Shown: piece by piece, positions 9,612 through 19,297 of the stretch
Layout: each line of letters begins with the position of its first letter
Position numbering within the stretch: position 1 is the stretch's first letter
Source: Acidobacteriota bacterium
GTDB taxonomy: Bacteria; Acidobacteriota; Vicinamibacteria; Vicinamibacterales; SCN-69-37
Assembly (NCBI GenBank): GCA_039933635.1
Contig: JBDTNQ010000007.1
Span: 11,244 to 75,243, forward strand
Reading direction: 5' to 3'
Length of the DNA stretch: 64,000 nt
Made by a program: the position numbers and the translations under genes
The notes under the pieces: generated by a model
Database searches by the model: none
What the model was told of the DNA's origin: nothing
The model's input: the letters and a program-made list of their open reading frames with translations, nothing else

Positions 9612-10523
9612 TCACGATGGCGCTGCCGCCAGTTGCAGTTTCACCCACACCTTGACGGGTTTCACGGCGTCACCGGCAGGCCCACCACTTGGAGAACCTC
9701 CCCCGCCACCGCGGCGACCGCCACCGCCACCATACCCACCGCCCCGGCCGCCACCGTATCCCCCGCCTCCACCCATGCCGCCGCCGGTCCGTCCACGGCC
9801 GCGCTCTTCACCGCCGGACCCGGGCTTCGGCTGTTCAGGCGTGAACAACCCTAGCGCCAGCGACTTACCTGCGGCAGCCCCGACGGCATATGGATGGTCA
9901 GCGGATAGCGTGAGCGGGATCTTCATCTCGAACACGATCGCGCCCTGGTCCATCGCGGACGCCGCACTGAGCCCCAGTGAGACATTGAGCGGCACCAGAT
10001 GCCGTTGCTGGCCTGGACCGAGGACGTCGAGTTCGTCGATTGACGCAGGTTTAGCTGCGCTGCTGTCTGGATCAGGCGTGTCCGAGCCGGGCCCGAATCC
10101 TCGACCGCGGGTCATTGCGGGCAACTGGAAGCCGACGTCCGCCTTCTTCGCGCCGGTCGAATCGACCCACACGACGAGGCCGCGCTCGAGGGTGCGGCGC
10201 ATCTCGGGATCGGTCGCCGAGATGGCCAGATACAGGAAGTCCGCATCGTTGGCGGCGGCCACGGCCGGCCCTTTGTCGAGCGTCGTGAGGCGCGCCCAGT
10301 CCTCAATCCGCCCGTCCACCCGGACGTCGCGCGATTTCCATTCGCTCGCCACGACCGGATCTGGACCGGCGCTCAGGTTGGCCAGCGGCGAAAGTGACAA
10401 GACGCCGAGCAACAGCACAATCACGCGTGAACGAAGAGGCCTCAAGTCACACCCCGCACAGGGATGACGAGGCAGGCACTGGCGATTGATACAGACGATG
10501 GGCGTGGCGAAAAGGACGGGCAC
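9612..10523 (-). CDS. Hypothetical secreted protein with Gly/Arg-rich C-terminal linker (start uncertain, possibly ~10424)
   Basis: Hydrophobic signal-like segment; VDGRIEDW (CBM9/DOMON-like start); GGGRGG tract. Confidence 0.6.
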   Translation of the reverse strand: MPVLFATPIVCINRQCLPRHPCAGCDLRPLRSRVIVLLLGVLSLSPLANLSAGPDPVVASEWKSRDVRVDGRIEDWARLTTLDKGPAVAAANDADFLYLAISATDPEMRRTLERGLVVWVDSTGAKKADVGFQLPAMTRGRGFGPGSDTPDPDSSAAKPASIDELDVLGPGQQRHLVPLNVSLGLSAASAMDQGAIVFEMKIPLTLSADHPYAVGAAAGKSLALGLFTPEQPKPGSGGEERGRGRTGGGMGGGGGYGGGRGGGYGGGGGRRGGGGGSPSGGPAGDAVKPVKVWVKLQLAAAPS

Positions 10524-10553
10524 GGCCGCACACGACGGCCGGAGGGGCTGTCG

Positions 10554-11669
10554 CTAGAGGAATCGGGTCAGCGTGACGTGCACGATCCGCATCTTGTCTG
10601 GCGCGGAACGCCACTGCACCATGATCGGCGTTTGATACTGCCCCTCGACCACGGCCGTCTGTCCCGGCGTGCGGGTGTCTGAGACCAGGAGGTCGACCGA
10701 ACGCTTCATCCGCAGGAATCGCGCGGCGGGGACCTCGAGCGCGCGGGCGACGATGCGCTCCACCCGTGAGTCCCCGAGGCCGATGACGTCCACGAGCCGG
10801 TTGAGCGCACGCACCAGATCGTATTTCGCGTAGTCGAGCGCCTTGCCAGGTAGTGCCCGCGGGTCGTTCCACGCGTGCCGCACCTTCTCGGCCGCGAAGT
10901 GCAGCGGGTTCCGCAGCACCTCCGCGAGATCGTGCTGCATCAGCAGGGTTTCGTATTCGTTGACGGTAAGGCTGGCCGCCTGCTCGCCGGCCGCCAGCGA
11001 CAGCCGTACGCGGCCCTTCTGCACGTCGTACCGCTTGATGAGATCCGCGATCTGCGGGTAGAGCCCCAAGCCCGGATCCTTGAGGCTGACCACGCTGATC
11101 GGGTGGGGAGACACGGGCACCCGCAGTTGCGCGCGCGCGACGACAACCTCGTGGTCGTAGCCGACGAGCGTCGTCACGCGCGACCGGGGCTTGCCGGCGC
11201 AGACCCCGTCGAGATCGATGAAGTAGACCGGTCCCGGGCGGCTCAGGTCGTATGACACGCACGGCCTGAGGCTGCCCGTGATGAACGCCAGGTGCGAATC
11301 GCCGTTGGTCGGCTCGACCTCACGCTGCTCGGGCGAGAGATCCTCGCGGATGTCCAGTTGATCGTGCTTGTAACCGGCCCCCTCGGGGAACGCCGTGCGG
11401 AACAACTCCAGGTAACGGCCAACACCGGGCCCCTTCGCGGACAGCCGTGCGGCCAACCCCTGCGAGAGATACCCCGCTGTGGTGTGCGGTGAGGCGTAGA
11501 AGCAATGGCTGTAAGGCGCGAGCGCGTCGCCGTAGGTGTCGGCGGCCTGCGCGCGGACATCCTGGATGTCCAGCCGGGCCTTGGGAGTCAGTTCGAGCGT
11601 CAGTTCCAGCGGTGGCACGTTGTCGGTCTGGACCTCCGCTAGGCTACGCGAAACCTGCCGAGATGGCAA
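10554..11669 (-). CDS. Hypothetical protein with tandem YjbQ/UPF0047-like domains
   Basis: First half: PHTTAG, YKHD, NGDSHL, FIDLDG..R; second half: SLTVNEYE…DL and GQYQTPIMV. Confidence 0.6.
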   Translation of the reverse strand: MPSRQVSRSLAEVQTDNVPPLELTLELTPKARLDIQDVRAQAADTYGDALAPYSHCFYASPHTTAGYLSQGLAARLSAKGPGVGRYLELFRTAFPEGAGYKHDQLDIREDLSPEQREVEPTNGDSHLAFITGSLRPCVSYDLSRPGPVYFIDLDGVCAGKPRSRVTTLVGYDHEVVVARAQLRVPVSPHPISVVSLKDPGLGLYPQIADLIKRYDVQKGRVRLSLAAGEQAASLTVNEYETLLMQHDLAEVLRNPLHFAAEKVRHAWNDPRALPGKALDYAKYDLVRALNRLVDVIGLGDSRVERIVARALEVPAARFLRMKRSVDLLVSDTRTPGQTAVVEGQYQTPIMVQWRSAPDKMRIVHVTLTRFL

Positions 11670-11730
11670 ACGCCAATCGTACGGTCGGACGCTGGCAAGT
11701 CACGGAAGACTAACGGCTTAGGGCTCAAGC

Positions 11731-12417
11731 CTAGGCAGGTTCCTCGTCGTAGAACACGTTCGCCCTCGTCACTCCTGGCAGCGCGCCGAGGGCGTGGGTG
11801 AGCTGGGGCAGATCGCTGTCTTTCGCCAGTTCCACATAGAACGTCAGATCGATCTCCGCGTCGCCCCCGCCACTGCGCGCGGCGAGCACCCGATAGGTCC
11901 GGCAGAGACGGTCGAGCACGGGCGAGTAGATCGTCGCCACATCCTGCCCGGTCGGCGGCGCGACCGCCAGCTGCAGGACGAACTCGCGGTGGCCCAGCAA
12001 GCCGAAGTTGGTCTTCGCCATGACGAACAGAATCAGCGTCAGGAACAACGTGCCCATGACAGCGAAGAGATGCAGACCGACGCCGGAGGCCAGTCCGACT
12101 GCCAACGAACAGAACACGAACACGAGATCCTGCGCGTCCTTCAGCGCCGTGCGGAAACGCACAATCGACATCGCCCCCACGAGCCCGAACGCGCGCGCGA
12201 GGTTGTTGCCAATCACCATGATGACGATCGCCGTGATGACACTCAGCGTGATCAGGGATCGATCGAACGTGCTGGAGTAGCTCACGCCACGGTACGTCCG
12301 TCGATACGTTGTCGAGAGCAGGAGCCCGCACCCAAAGGCCACGAACAGGTTGATGGCCGCGCCAACAAGATCGATCGCCGTCACCTCGCCGGTGACGAAC
12401 GTCGTCAGCGCGTCCAC
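11731..12417 (-). CDS. DUF4956 family membrane protein
   Basis: IGNNLARAFGLVGAMSIVRFRTALKD signature; C-terminal ACT-like domain. Confidence 0.9.
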   Translation of the reverse strand: MDALTTFVTGEVTAIDLVGAAINLFVAFGCGLLLSTTYRRTYRGVSYSSTFDRSLITLSVITAIVIMVIGNNLARAFGLVGAMSIVRFRTALKDAQDLVFVFCSLAVGLASGVGLHLFAVMGTLFLTLILFVMAKTNFGLLGHREFVLQLAVAPPTGQDVATIYSPVLDRLCRTYRVLAARSGGGDAEIDLTFYVELAKDSDLPQLTHALGALPGVTRANVFYDEEPA

Positions 12418-13253
12418 GCCATCTCCTCAGATCCGTGCGGGCGAAATCCCGACCGGCGATCCGCCCGCCGCCGCCATTCCGATCGGGCGAGCGCCGCGGT
12501 GCGCGAGTGCGCCTGCACGATGCCGAGATCGGTGAGACAGACCGAGTACTTGGACAACGCTCGCCGCACGATGCCATGCGAGGCCAGGAACGGCCGCAAC
12601 CACACCGGAAAGCCCAGTCGCGAGTCGTATTTCACCTCGAGCACGAACGAGCCGCGCAGCGAGCGGCGGTCGTGCTCGAGACGATAGAGATCAGACAGGG
12701 CGGGATACGCAACACTCCGGATATCGCCGTCGAAGGTGACGCGCAGCGACGTTTCGTAGGTGCCCACGTACGGCTCGCGATCGTATTGAACCGTGACGAC
12801 GGGTCGCAACGCGAAGCGACGCACGCGGTGAAGGAACTGCTCGGCATCCGTAACGGCCGATGGGCTCGATCGGTTCGACATGACGTGCGTGCCGATGTCG
12901 CCCGACGCAAGAAGCGCCGGCACGTCGGTGAACTTCATCGGCGCCCGCGCCTTGCTGCCGACGGCACCGTTGCGCTTCTTCACTTCCAGGAACGCCACCG
13001 AGTCCGCTTGTTCGGAATCGTAGCCGCGGATGCGCGGCTTGGCGCGCACCGCCAGGCCATCCTCGTTGGCAAAGTAGTGGGCGAACCGAGAGGTGTCGTA
13101 GTAAATGCTGCGGACGGTGTACCCGCGATACCCACCGTGGGCCTCGCGCGGTGTCGCATGGGGATCGGGGTGGACGAACGGCTGGATCACCGCGCGCAAC
13201 CGCGCCCTGAGCGTCTCGGGAACGAGATATTTATGTTCGACTCGGCTCTCCAC
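12405..13253 (-). CDS. VTC-domain (polyphosphate polymerase-like, CYTH fold) protein
   Basis: RVEHKY, VRSIYYDT, KPRIRGY, FLEVKK, YDREPY, RVTFD, VLEVKY and SKY motifs. Confidence 0.88.
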   Translation of the reverse strand: MESRVEHKYLVPETLRARLRAVIQPFVHPDPHATPREAHGGYRGYTVRSIYYDTSRFAHYFANEDGLAVRAKPRIRGYDSEQADSVAFLEVKKRNGAVGSKARAPMKFTDVPALLASGDIGTHVMSNRSSPSAVTDAEQFLHRVRRFALRPVVTVQYDREPYVGTYETSLRVTFDGDIRSVAYPALSDLYRLEHDRRSLRGSFVLEVKYDSRLGFPVWLRPFLASHGIVRRALSKYSVCLTDLGIVQAHSRTAALARSEWRRRADRRSGFRPHGSEEMAWTR

Positions 13254-13263
13254 GCGCCGGAGT

Positions 13264-13314
13264 GTAACAACGGGGTAAATGGAGAAGATGAAGATTTGTT
13301 AATGAGAGGGTGAA
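13264..13314 (-). promoter_or_regulatory. Pho-box-like pentamer array and -10 element upstream of the VTC gene
   Basis: AT-rich island; minus strand TTCAC/TTAAC/TTCAT/TTTAC/GTTAC at 10-13 nt spacing (last pair exactly 11); TACACT 7 nt before the GTG. Confidence 0.45.
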
Positions 13315-14600
13315 GAAAGAGTGACAGGGCGCTTCGGGATGACGACGAACTCGCGGCTGCGGACCGTGGCGCCCTTCTGCGCGACCCGGACCTTGATGCG
13401 TTGTGCGTGGCCCGTGCGGTCGGCGTCGGTGGCGTCGATGCCGAGGAGATAGTACGCGGACGTCTCGCGGACAATCCGGCCGAACGCGTACTCGCCGTTG
13501 CCCGTCAGGACCTTCATGAACGCGCCGCCTGACGCGCCGGCAAACTGGCCCAGCCATCGGGCCATCACCTCGGCGTCGCGCGCCAAGTTCACCTGCGACT
13601 TCACGGCCTCGCGCCGCTCGGCTGAAAAGAGTTCCAACACGTTGTTGTCGACGAACAGCGTGTAGACGGACACATTCGATCGCGCGGCCGCCTCGCCCAC
13701 CTCGCTCGGCAGCGTGCCGAAGTCCGGCCTGCCGCCTGGTGCGTCGCTCATCGTCAGGCCCGCGCTCGCCAGCACGGCGATCTTGCGCCCCTCGATCGAT
13801 CCCATGTTGACGAGCAAATCGCGCAGCATCGACAGACCGACCCGTCCCTGGATTTCGCCGAGTCCGGCCCGCGCCGACATCTCACTGCTCAGCACACCCC
13901 CACAAGGGCCATCGCCCGCCCCAACCGCGCGCGAGGCAGGACCTCCGCTGTAGGCCCCACAATACCTATTCGAGATCTCCAGGCGGAGCTCCGGTTTCGC
14001 AAACCAGTCGACCACCTCTGAAGGCCTCACGTTGTATCGATACACAGCGTCGGGCTCCTTCTGGCCTGACACCTGGTCGAGCGCGCCGATCACGGCAACG
14101 TGATCCGTAGTCGGCTCCACCTTCGGCCCCAACGGATAGGTCAACAGTCCGACGACAGCCGTCGGAGGCAGCGCACGAACGAAATTCTGCGCCGCCGTCG
14201 CAATGCCGCGAGAGACGCCGGCCGAGAACGACTGCGCGTCTACCAGCACCATGTAAGTCTGCTTCCGTTCGCTTCCGGAGGGCGCCGCGAGCGCAACGCC
14301 CGGAGCGACAACCGTCGCGGAAGGCAGAGACGACGAGGTGGCGACATCCCGAGTGTCCGCGCGCACGAAGTCGAGCACCGACACAGGGCGTGGCTTGCCC
14401 TCGATCTGGACGCTGAACTGATCCCGCGTCAGCCCCGTGATCGGATTGCCGTCGCGATCGACGACCTGCACATCGATCGAAATGAGATCTGCGGACGAAC
14501 GGATAACCTGTCCGGCGCTCTCCCCCGACATCAGCGCAACGAGAGCGACGGCCACTCCAATGCGCGACATCCCGATCGGCACGGCGCTCTCAGTGCCCAA
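13299..14600 (-). CDS. VWA domain protein (Acidobacterial VWFA-related type)
   Basis: IDVQVVDRDGNPITGLTRDQF N-terminus, GRK.AVL.S.G, YYLLG…IKVRV C-terminus; start uncertain. Confidence 0.85.
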   Translation of the reverse strand: MGTESAVPIGMSRIGVAVALVALMSGESAGQVIRSSADLISIDVQVVDRDGNPITGLTRDQFSVQIEGKPRPVSVLDFVRADTRDVATSSSLPSATVVAPGVALAAPSGSERKQTYMVLVDAQSFSAGVSRGIATAAQNFVRALPPTAVVGLLTYPLGPKVEPTTDHVAVIGALDQVSGQKEPDAVYRYNVRPSEVVDWFAKPELRLEISNRYCGAYSGGPASRAVGAGDGPCGGVLSSEMSARAGLGEIQGRVGLSMLRDLLVNMGSIEGRKIAVLASAGLTMSDAPGGRPDFGTLPSEVGEAAARSNVSVYTLFVDNNVLELFSAERREAVKSQVNLARDAEVMARWLGQFAGASGGAFMKVLTGNGEYAFGRIVRETSAYYLLGIDATDADRTGHAQRIKVRVAQKGATVRSREFVVIPKRPVTLSSPSH

Positions 14601-14645
14601 ACGCCGCGCGGATCAAAGCGGGTCGCATGAGTGGGGGCAACGGGT

Positions 14646-16223
14646 CTACTTGTTCAGCACGAACGTCCACACCGTGTCACCCGCGCCAACGACGACGTAC
14701 TGCAGACCGTCGAGCTCGTAGGTGATTGGTCCGTTGCTGACGGAGGCGTTCAGGCCGGCATGCCAGACCGCAGCGCCGGTGGTGGCGTTCAGGGCCACCA
14801 GATCGTTCGACTGGCCGGTGGAGAAGACGAGATTGCCCGCGGTGCTGAGCAGGCCCGACTTGCTGTTGCCCTCCCACTTGTGGCTCCAGCGGATGTTGCC
14901 GGTCTTGTAGTCGATCGCCTGAATCATCGACTCCGAGTAGCCACCGCGGTCCGTGCCGCCCCAGCCCTGCGGATTATCGCCGGGGTCGTAGATGTAGTAC
15001 ACGCTGAATGCGTGTGAGGCGCTCACGTAGAACAGTCCGGTCAACGGGCTGAACGTCGGCGGCGGCCAGTTGGTCGCGCCGCCCTGGTTCGGCGTCACGA
15101 GCGCGCCGTCGATCTGCGGGTGCTTCTCGGGGTTGGGAATCGGCTGGCCCTTCGCGTCGTAGCCCTTCGACCAGTTCGTCTTCACATACTCCTTCGACAC
15201 CAGCGCCTTGCCCGTGGCGCGATCGAGCACGAAGAACTGTCCGTTGCGCGATGCCTGCGCGAGCAGCTTGCGCGGCTGACCGTTGATCTCTCCATCGATC
15301 AACACGGGAGTTTGCGTCGCATCCCAGTCGTGCGTGTCGTGCGGCGACGACTGGAAGTACCACGCCATCTTGCCCGTGTCGGGATTGAGCGCGACGATCG
15401 ACGCGGTGTAGAGGTTGTCCCCCTTGCGATTGATGTGCGCGATGACGGGCTGTGGATTCCCCGTCACCACGTAGATCAGGTTCAGGTCGGGATCGTAGGT
15501 GATCGGCTGCCACGTCATGCCGCCGCCGTGCTTCATCGCGTCTTCCGTCGGCCACGTTTCGGATCCCGGGTCGCCCATCTTCTGCGGCACGACCCACCAG
15601 CGCCATTGCACGTCGCCCGTCACGGGATCGTGCGACTGGAGGTATCCCGGCACGTCAAGGTCGTCGCCGCTCACGCCCGCGATGATGTGGTTCTTCACCG
15701 CCACCGGCGCCACGGAGCCGTAGTAGAGGAGATCGAGATCGCAGATCTCCTTCCGCCAGCGCTCCGAGCCGTCCTTGATGTTGAGCGACACGAGGTGGCA
15801 ATCAGGCGTTTCGAAGAAGAGGTTGTCGCCCGAAATCGCGACGCCGCGGTTGCCGATGTGGATGCCACCGGTCGACGTCCACGCGTGGTGCCAGATCTCA
15901 CGCCCGGTGCGCGCGTCCATGGCCCACACGTGATCCGGCAGGGTCACGTACATCACGCCGTTCACCACGAGGGGTGTGCCCTTGATCGCGCCACCGCCGG
16001 CGGTGAGCCTCGTCATCCACGCCAGGCTCAGCGATTTCACCGTCTCGGTGTTGACCTGGTTCAGCGGACTGAACCGTCGTCCCGAGTAATCGCCGTTGTA
16101 GGTCGGCCAACTCGTCGTGGCCGGACGCGAGAGCGTCGCGGGATCGACGGCGCCGGATCCCTGTCCCTGCAGACCCGCGGCAGCGAGCACCACCGCGCCA
16201 ATCATCACAGCCAGGCGCTTCAT
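14646..16223 (-). CDS. PQQ-binding beta-propeller dehydrogenase-like protein ('acido-empty' quinoprotein group A type)
   Basis: Signal peptide; WPTYNGDYSGRRFSPL, PHDTHDWD, GATNW and PITYELDGLQYV motifs. Confidence 0.85.
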   Translation of the reverse strand: MKRLAVMIGAVVLAAAGLQGQGSGAVDPATLSRPATTSWPTYNGDYSGRRFSPLNQVNTETVKSLSLAWMTRLTAGGGAIKGTPLVVNGVMYVTLPDHVWAMDARTGREIWHHAWTSTGGIHIGNRGVAISGDNLFFETPDCHLVSLNIKDGSERWRKEICDLDLLYYGSVAPVAVKNHIIAGVSGDDLDVPGYLQSHDPVTGDVQWRWWVVPQKMGDPGSETWPTEDAMKHGGGMTWQPITYDPDLNLIYVVTGNPQPVIAHINRKGDNLYTASIVALNPDTGKMAWYFQSSPHDTHDWDATQTPVLIDGEINGQPRKLLAQASRNGQFFVLDRATGKALVSKEYVKTNWSKGYDAKGQPIPNPEKHPQIDGALVTPNQGGATNWPPPTFSPLTGLFYVSASHAFSVYYIYDPGDNPQGWGGTDRGGYSESMIQAIDYKTGNIRWSHKWEGNSKSGLLSTAGNLVFSTGQSNDLVALNATTGAAVWHAGLNASVSNGPITYELDGLQYVVVGAGDTVWTFVLNK

Positions 16224-17152
16224 TTCAAGGTCTCCAGGTAGGCCACGACGTCGTGAATCTGCTTGTCGGTGATCGTCTCGAGCAGCGCGATGTGCGCGGC
16301 CAGCGGCACCGTCTTCTCGACCTTCAGCGATGGTGAGCGCCGGAAGCTGCGGTACGCGCCGCTTTCATCGCGGAGCGCCACCGAGAAGTCGTCCATCTGC
16401 ACGAGCGCGCCGGTCACGGCGGGTCCGCCAGCCGGCGTCACCGTCACCTTGACGGCGGTTGGCGACGGACCGGAGGGGGCGGCCGCACCACGGCCGCCAC
16501 GGCCGGGTCCTGGTGGAAAGAGGAAGCGCTGCTGAATATTGATGGGCGTGTAACGCGTTCCGATGCCGGCCAGAGGCGCGGCGGTCGGGGAATGGCAGCT
16601 CGTGCAACCACCGGGACCGTTGAAGAAGGCCTGCCCCGCCTTCGCGTCACCCGTCAGCACATTCTGTGCTTCGAAGAGTGGAGAGCCACGGAGTGTGTCG
16701 TTGATGCGCTGGCGGAGGAAATGCGCCAGGTCGAAAATCTGCTCGCTCGTGAGGCTTGCGCTGGGCGCCCCGCTCTGGAGCGGATGCCCCTTTTTCAGGA
16801 ACGGCTCGAGCTCACTGCCGCAGCGATCGTGCAGTTCCAACACCGATCGCACGAGGTTCGCGCCCGTGTCCGATCCGCGCGCCTGCGTCCCGTGACAGTT
16901 GATGCACTGCGCCGCGTAGGTGCGACGCCCCCGATCGGCCGCAGCCGTATCGACGACCGGCGCATCGTTGCGGCCCGACCCCATGGGCCCGGTTCCCGAT
17001 CGACCGGCCGGCGGCGGGGCGCACTTGGACGGCGCTCCGATCGGCACAGCCGGCGCGGTCTGTGTCTGCGCGCTCACCCGCCAGATCGCGGACGCGGACA
17101 ACATCAGCACCACGATCGCGGCACACACCTTCGTCGACGTCCACATCTTCAT
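16220..17152 (-). CDS. Di-haem c-type cytochrome, coupled to the quinoprotein
   Basis: CINCH and CTSCH motifs; signal peptide; GAGGAG before ATG 17152; stop overlaps the next start. Confidence 0.85.
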   Translation of the reverse strand: MKMWTSTKVCAAIVVLMLSASAIWRVSAQTQTAPAVPIGAPSKCAPPPAGRSGTGPMGSGRNDAPVVDTAAADRGRRTYAAQCINCHGTQARGSDTGANLVRSVLELHDRCGSELEPFLKKGHPLQSGAPSASLTSEQIFDLAHFLRQRINDTLRGSPLFEAQNVLTGDAKAGQAFFNGPGGCTSCHSPTAAPLAGIGTRYTPINIQQRFLFPPGPGRGGRGAAAPSGPSPTAVKVTVTPAGGPAVTGALVQMDDFSVALRDESGAYRSFRRSPSLKVEKTVPLAAHIALLETITDKQIHDVVAYLETLK

Positions 17153-17251
17153 GCGGCTCCTCGCCTGTCTCTTTTTGAAAACGCGTAATCGTCGGAATGC
17201 TACCACGAGCCCTGCAGGGCGATCTCCAATGGCCTGTTAGACTTGGGCGCC

Positions 17252-18778
17252 ATGTTCGCCCCGGACAGCCCGCGCGTGTCCCGCCCCCTCGTGGTCCTCG
17301 CGGCCATCGTCGCGGTTGGCGCCATCCTGCGGTTCTGGCAGCTCCGAGCCGGCGTGCCTTACTCGCTCGGCGTCGACGAGCCCCAGATCATGGACCGCGC
17401 CGTCCGCATGATGAAGACCGCGGACTTCAACCCGCATTTTTTCGACTGGCCCAGCCTCACCATCTATCTCCAGTTCGTCGTCGCGTGCCTCTCGTTCATG
17501 TGGGGCGCGATGCACGGGACGTGGAACAACCTCGACCAGGTCTCCGCGGCCAACTTCTACGTCACCGGCCGCGCGCTCACCGCGGCGATGGGATCGGGCA
17601 CGGTCCTGCTGACTTTCTGCGCCGCCCGGCGATGGGGCACCGTGACGGGGCTACTGGCGGCCGCCCTCATGGCGCTGATGCCCTACCACGTCCGCGAGTC
17701 CCACTACGTGCTCGCGGATGTCCCCACCGCGTTCTTCACGACGCTCGCGTGGCTCCTCAGCATGCGCGCGTTGGAGCGGCCGACCTTCAGTGCGTTTGCC
17801 TGGGCAGGCGTGTCCGCGGGGCTGGCCGCCTCCTGCAAGTACAACGGATCGATCGCGCTTCTCATGCCGCTGCTCGCGGCAATCATCACCGGCGGCACAC
17901 CAGGACGTATCGTGCAGCGGCTGGTGACGATCGTGGCGGCCGCGGGCGCGGCGTTCCTGGTGGGCACGCCCTACGCGCTCTTGGACCTGCCGAGCTTTCT
18001 GAACGACTACGCGCGGCTGGCGGCGATCTTCGCGCGATCTCGCGGGGGCGAACCCGGCTGGTCGATCTATCTGAAGCACCTGCGCGGATCGATGGGCACC
18101 CCGGGGCTCGTCCTCGCGGCGCTTGGAATCGTGATTGCGGCCACGCGCGTGGCGCTTGGGCCGGCGCGCGCGCGATGGGCCGTGCTGCTGGTGTTCCCGC
18201 TCGTCTACTTCGACGTGATGGCGACGAGCTTCCAAATCTACGGGCGCTACACACTGCCGCTCCTGCCGTTCACCTGCGCCTTCGCGGCCATCGCGATCGT
18301 CACATTGGCCACCGCCCTCTGGGCGATGCCGATCCCGAGGGCAGTCGCGCTTGCGACCGCCGCCGCACTGATACTCGGCACCGCGATGACACCGGCAGCC
18401 ACTTCGATCAGCTTCGACCGTAACCTCGGACGCATCACCACCGTGGATCAAGCCTATCGATGGATCCGGGGCAACGTCGATCGCGGCACGAGGGTCGTCA
18501 TCGAAACACGCGTACTCTTGATTCCGCCCGAACGGAATCCCTCGGAAAACCTGCGCGCCCTCGTGGAGCGGGACTATCAGTACTACGTGGATCAGAAGGT
18601 GGACTATCTCGTGGCATCGACCGATGGGTACGACGCCCTGTTCACAAACCCGGCAGCGCCGGCGCCAGGCTTTGACAACTACCGCAGTCTGCTCGTGCAC
18701 ACCACCGAACTCGCCTCGTTTACACGAACCGGCACGGTGGACGGCCCGACGCTGCGGATTCTCAAGCTCAACCGGTAG
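17252..18778 (+). CDS. GT-C fold glycosyltransferase (ArnT/PMT, GT39/GT83-like)
   Basis: Multi-TM; VDE acidic motif, NPHFFDWP, SHYVLAD, KYNG and GRYTLPLLP. Confidence 0.85.
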   Translation: MFAPDSPRVSRPLVVLAAIVAVGAILRFWQLRAGVPYSLGVDEPQIMDRAVRMMKTADFNPHFFDWPSLTIYLQFVVACLSFMWGAMHGTWNNLDQVSAANFYVTGRALTAAMGSGTVLLTFCAARRWGTVTGLLAAALMALMPYHVRESHYVLADVPTAFFTTLAWLLSMRALERPTFSAFAWAGVSAGLAASCKYNGSIALLMPLLAAIITGGTPGRIVQRLVTIVAAAGAAFLVGTPYALLDLPSFLNDYARLAAIFARSRGGEPGWSIYLKHLRGSMGTPGLVLAALGIVIAATRVALGPARARWAVLLVFPLVYFDVMATSFQIYGRYTLPLLPFTCAFAAIAIVTLATALWAMPIPRAVALATAAALILGTAMTPAATSISFDRNLGRITTVDQAYRWIRGNVDRGTRVVIETRVLLIPPERNPSENLRALVERDYQYYVDQKVDYLVASTDGYDALFTNPAAPAPGFDNYRSLLVHTTELASFTRTGTVDGPTLRILKLNR

Positions 18779-18823
18779 CAGACAACGGTCGGACCTTACG
18801 GCTTTGCGGGAACAGCGAACCGA

Positions 18824-19297
18824 TCAGAAACTCAGTGCGTCCGCCTGGTTCTTGATTTTGGCGACGTCGATGCCCGGCACGGCCACCACGGCGTCGAGAT
18901 CCACGAACGGCCCGTGGGCCTTGCGGTATTCGACGATCTTCTGGGCATCGGCCTGCGTGAGGCCGAGCACGTCCGACAACGCCTCGGGCTCGCCACGGTT
19001 CACGTTGACGCGGCCGAAGTGCGACATCAGGTACGTGAACACCGTATTCAGCTCCTCGTCGCTGCCCTTCGCGCCGCGCGTGATCATGTTCTCGATCACT
19101 TCCTGCCACTGATCCGCCGATCGCCGCGATGCGACGATGCGCTCAGGCGTATGGCAGTTGCCGCACACACGTTTGAACACTGGGACGCCAGGGTCCTCCG
19201 CCTGAGGCTGTGCCGCCGCGAGCGCGCCCGCCACCATCGCGGGCACCGTCGCCACGAGGGCCCAGCCAAGGAACATTCCAGTCGTCAATCGTCTCAT
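18824..19297 (-). CDS. Cytochrome c + helix-hairpin-helix (ComEA-like) fusion
   Basis: Signal peptide; CGNCH; VNVNRG…A.KIVEYRKAHGPF…VPGID HhH pattern. Confidence 0.8.
   Translation of the reverse strand: MRRLTTGMFLGWALVATVPAMVAGALAAAQPQAEDPGVPVFKRVCGNCHTPERIVASRRSADQWQEVIENMITRGAKGSDEELNTVFTYLMSHFGRVNVNRGEPEALSDVLGLTQADAQKIVEYRKAHGPFVDLDAVVAVPGIDVAKIKNQADALSF

Noticed and set aside
9652-10467. Pro-rich 271-aa plus-strand ORF
   Set aside because: Reverse complement of the Gly-rich tract of the minus-strand gene.
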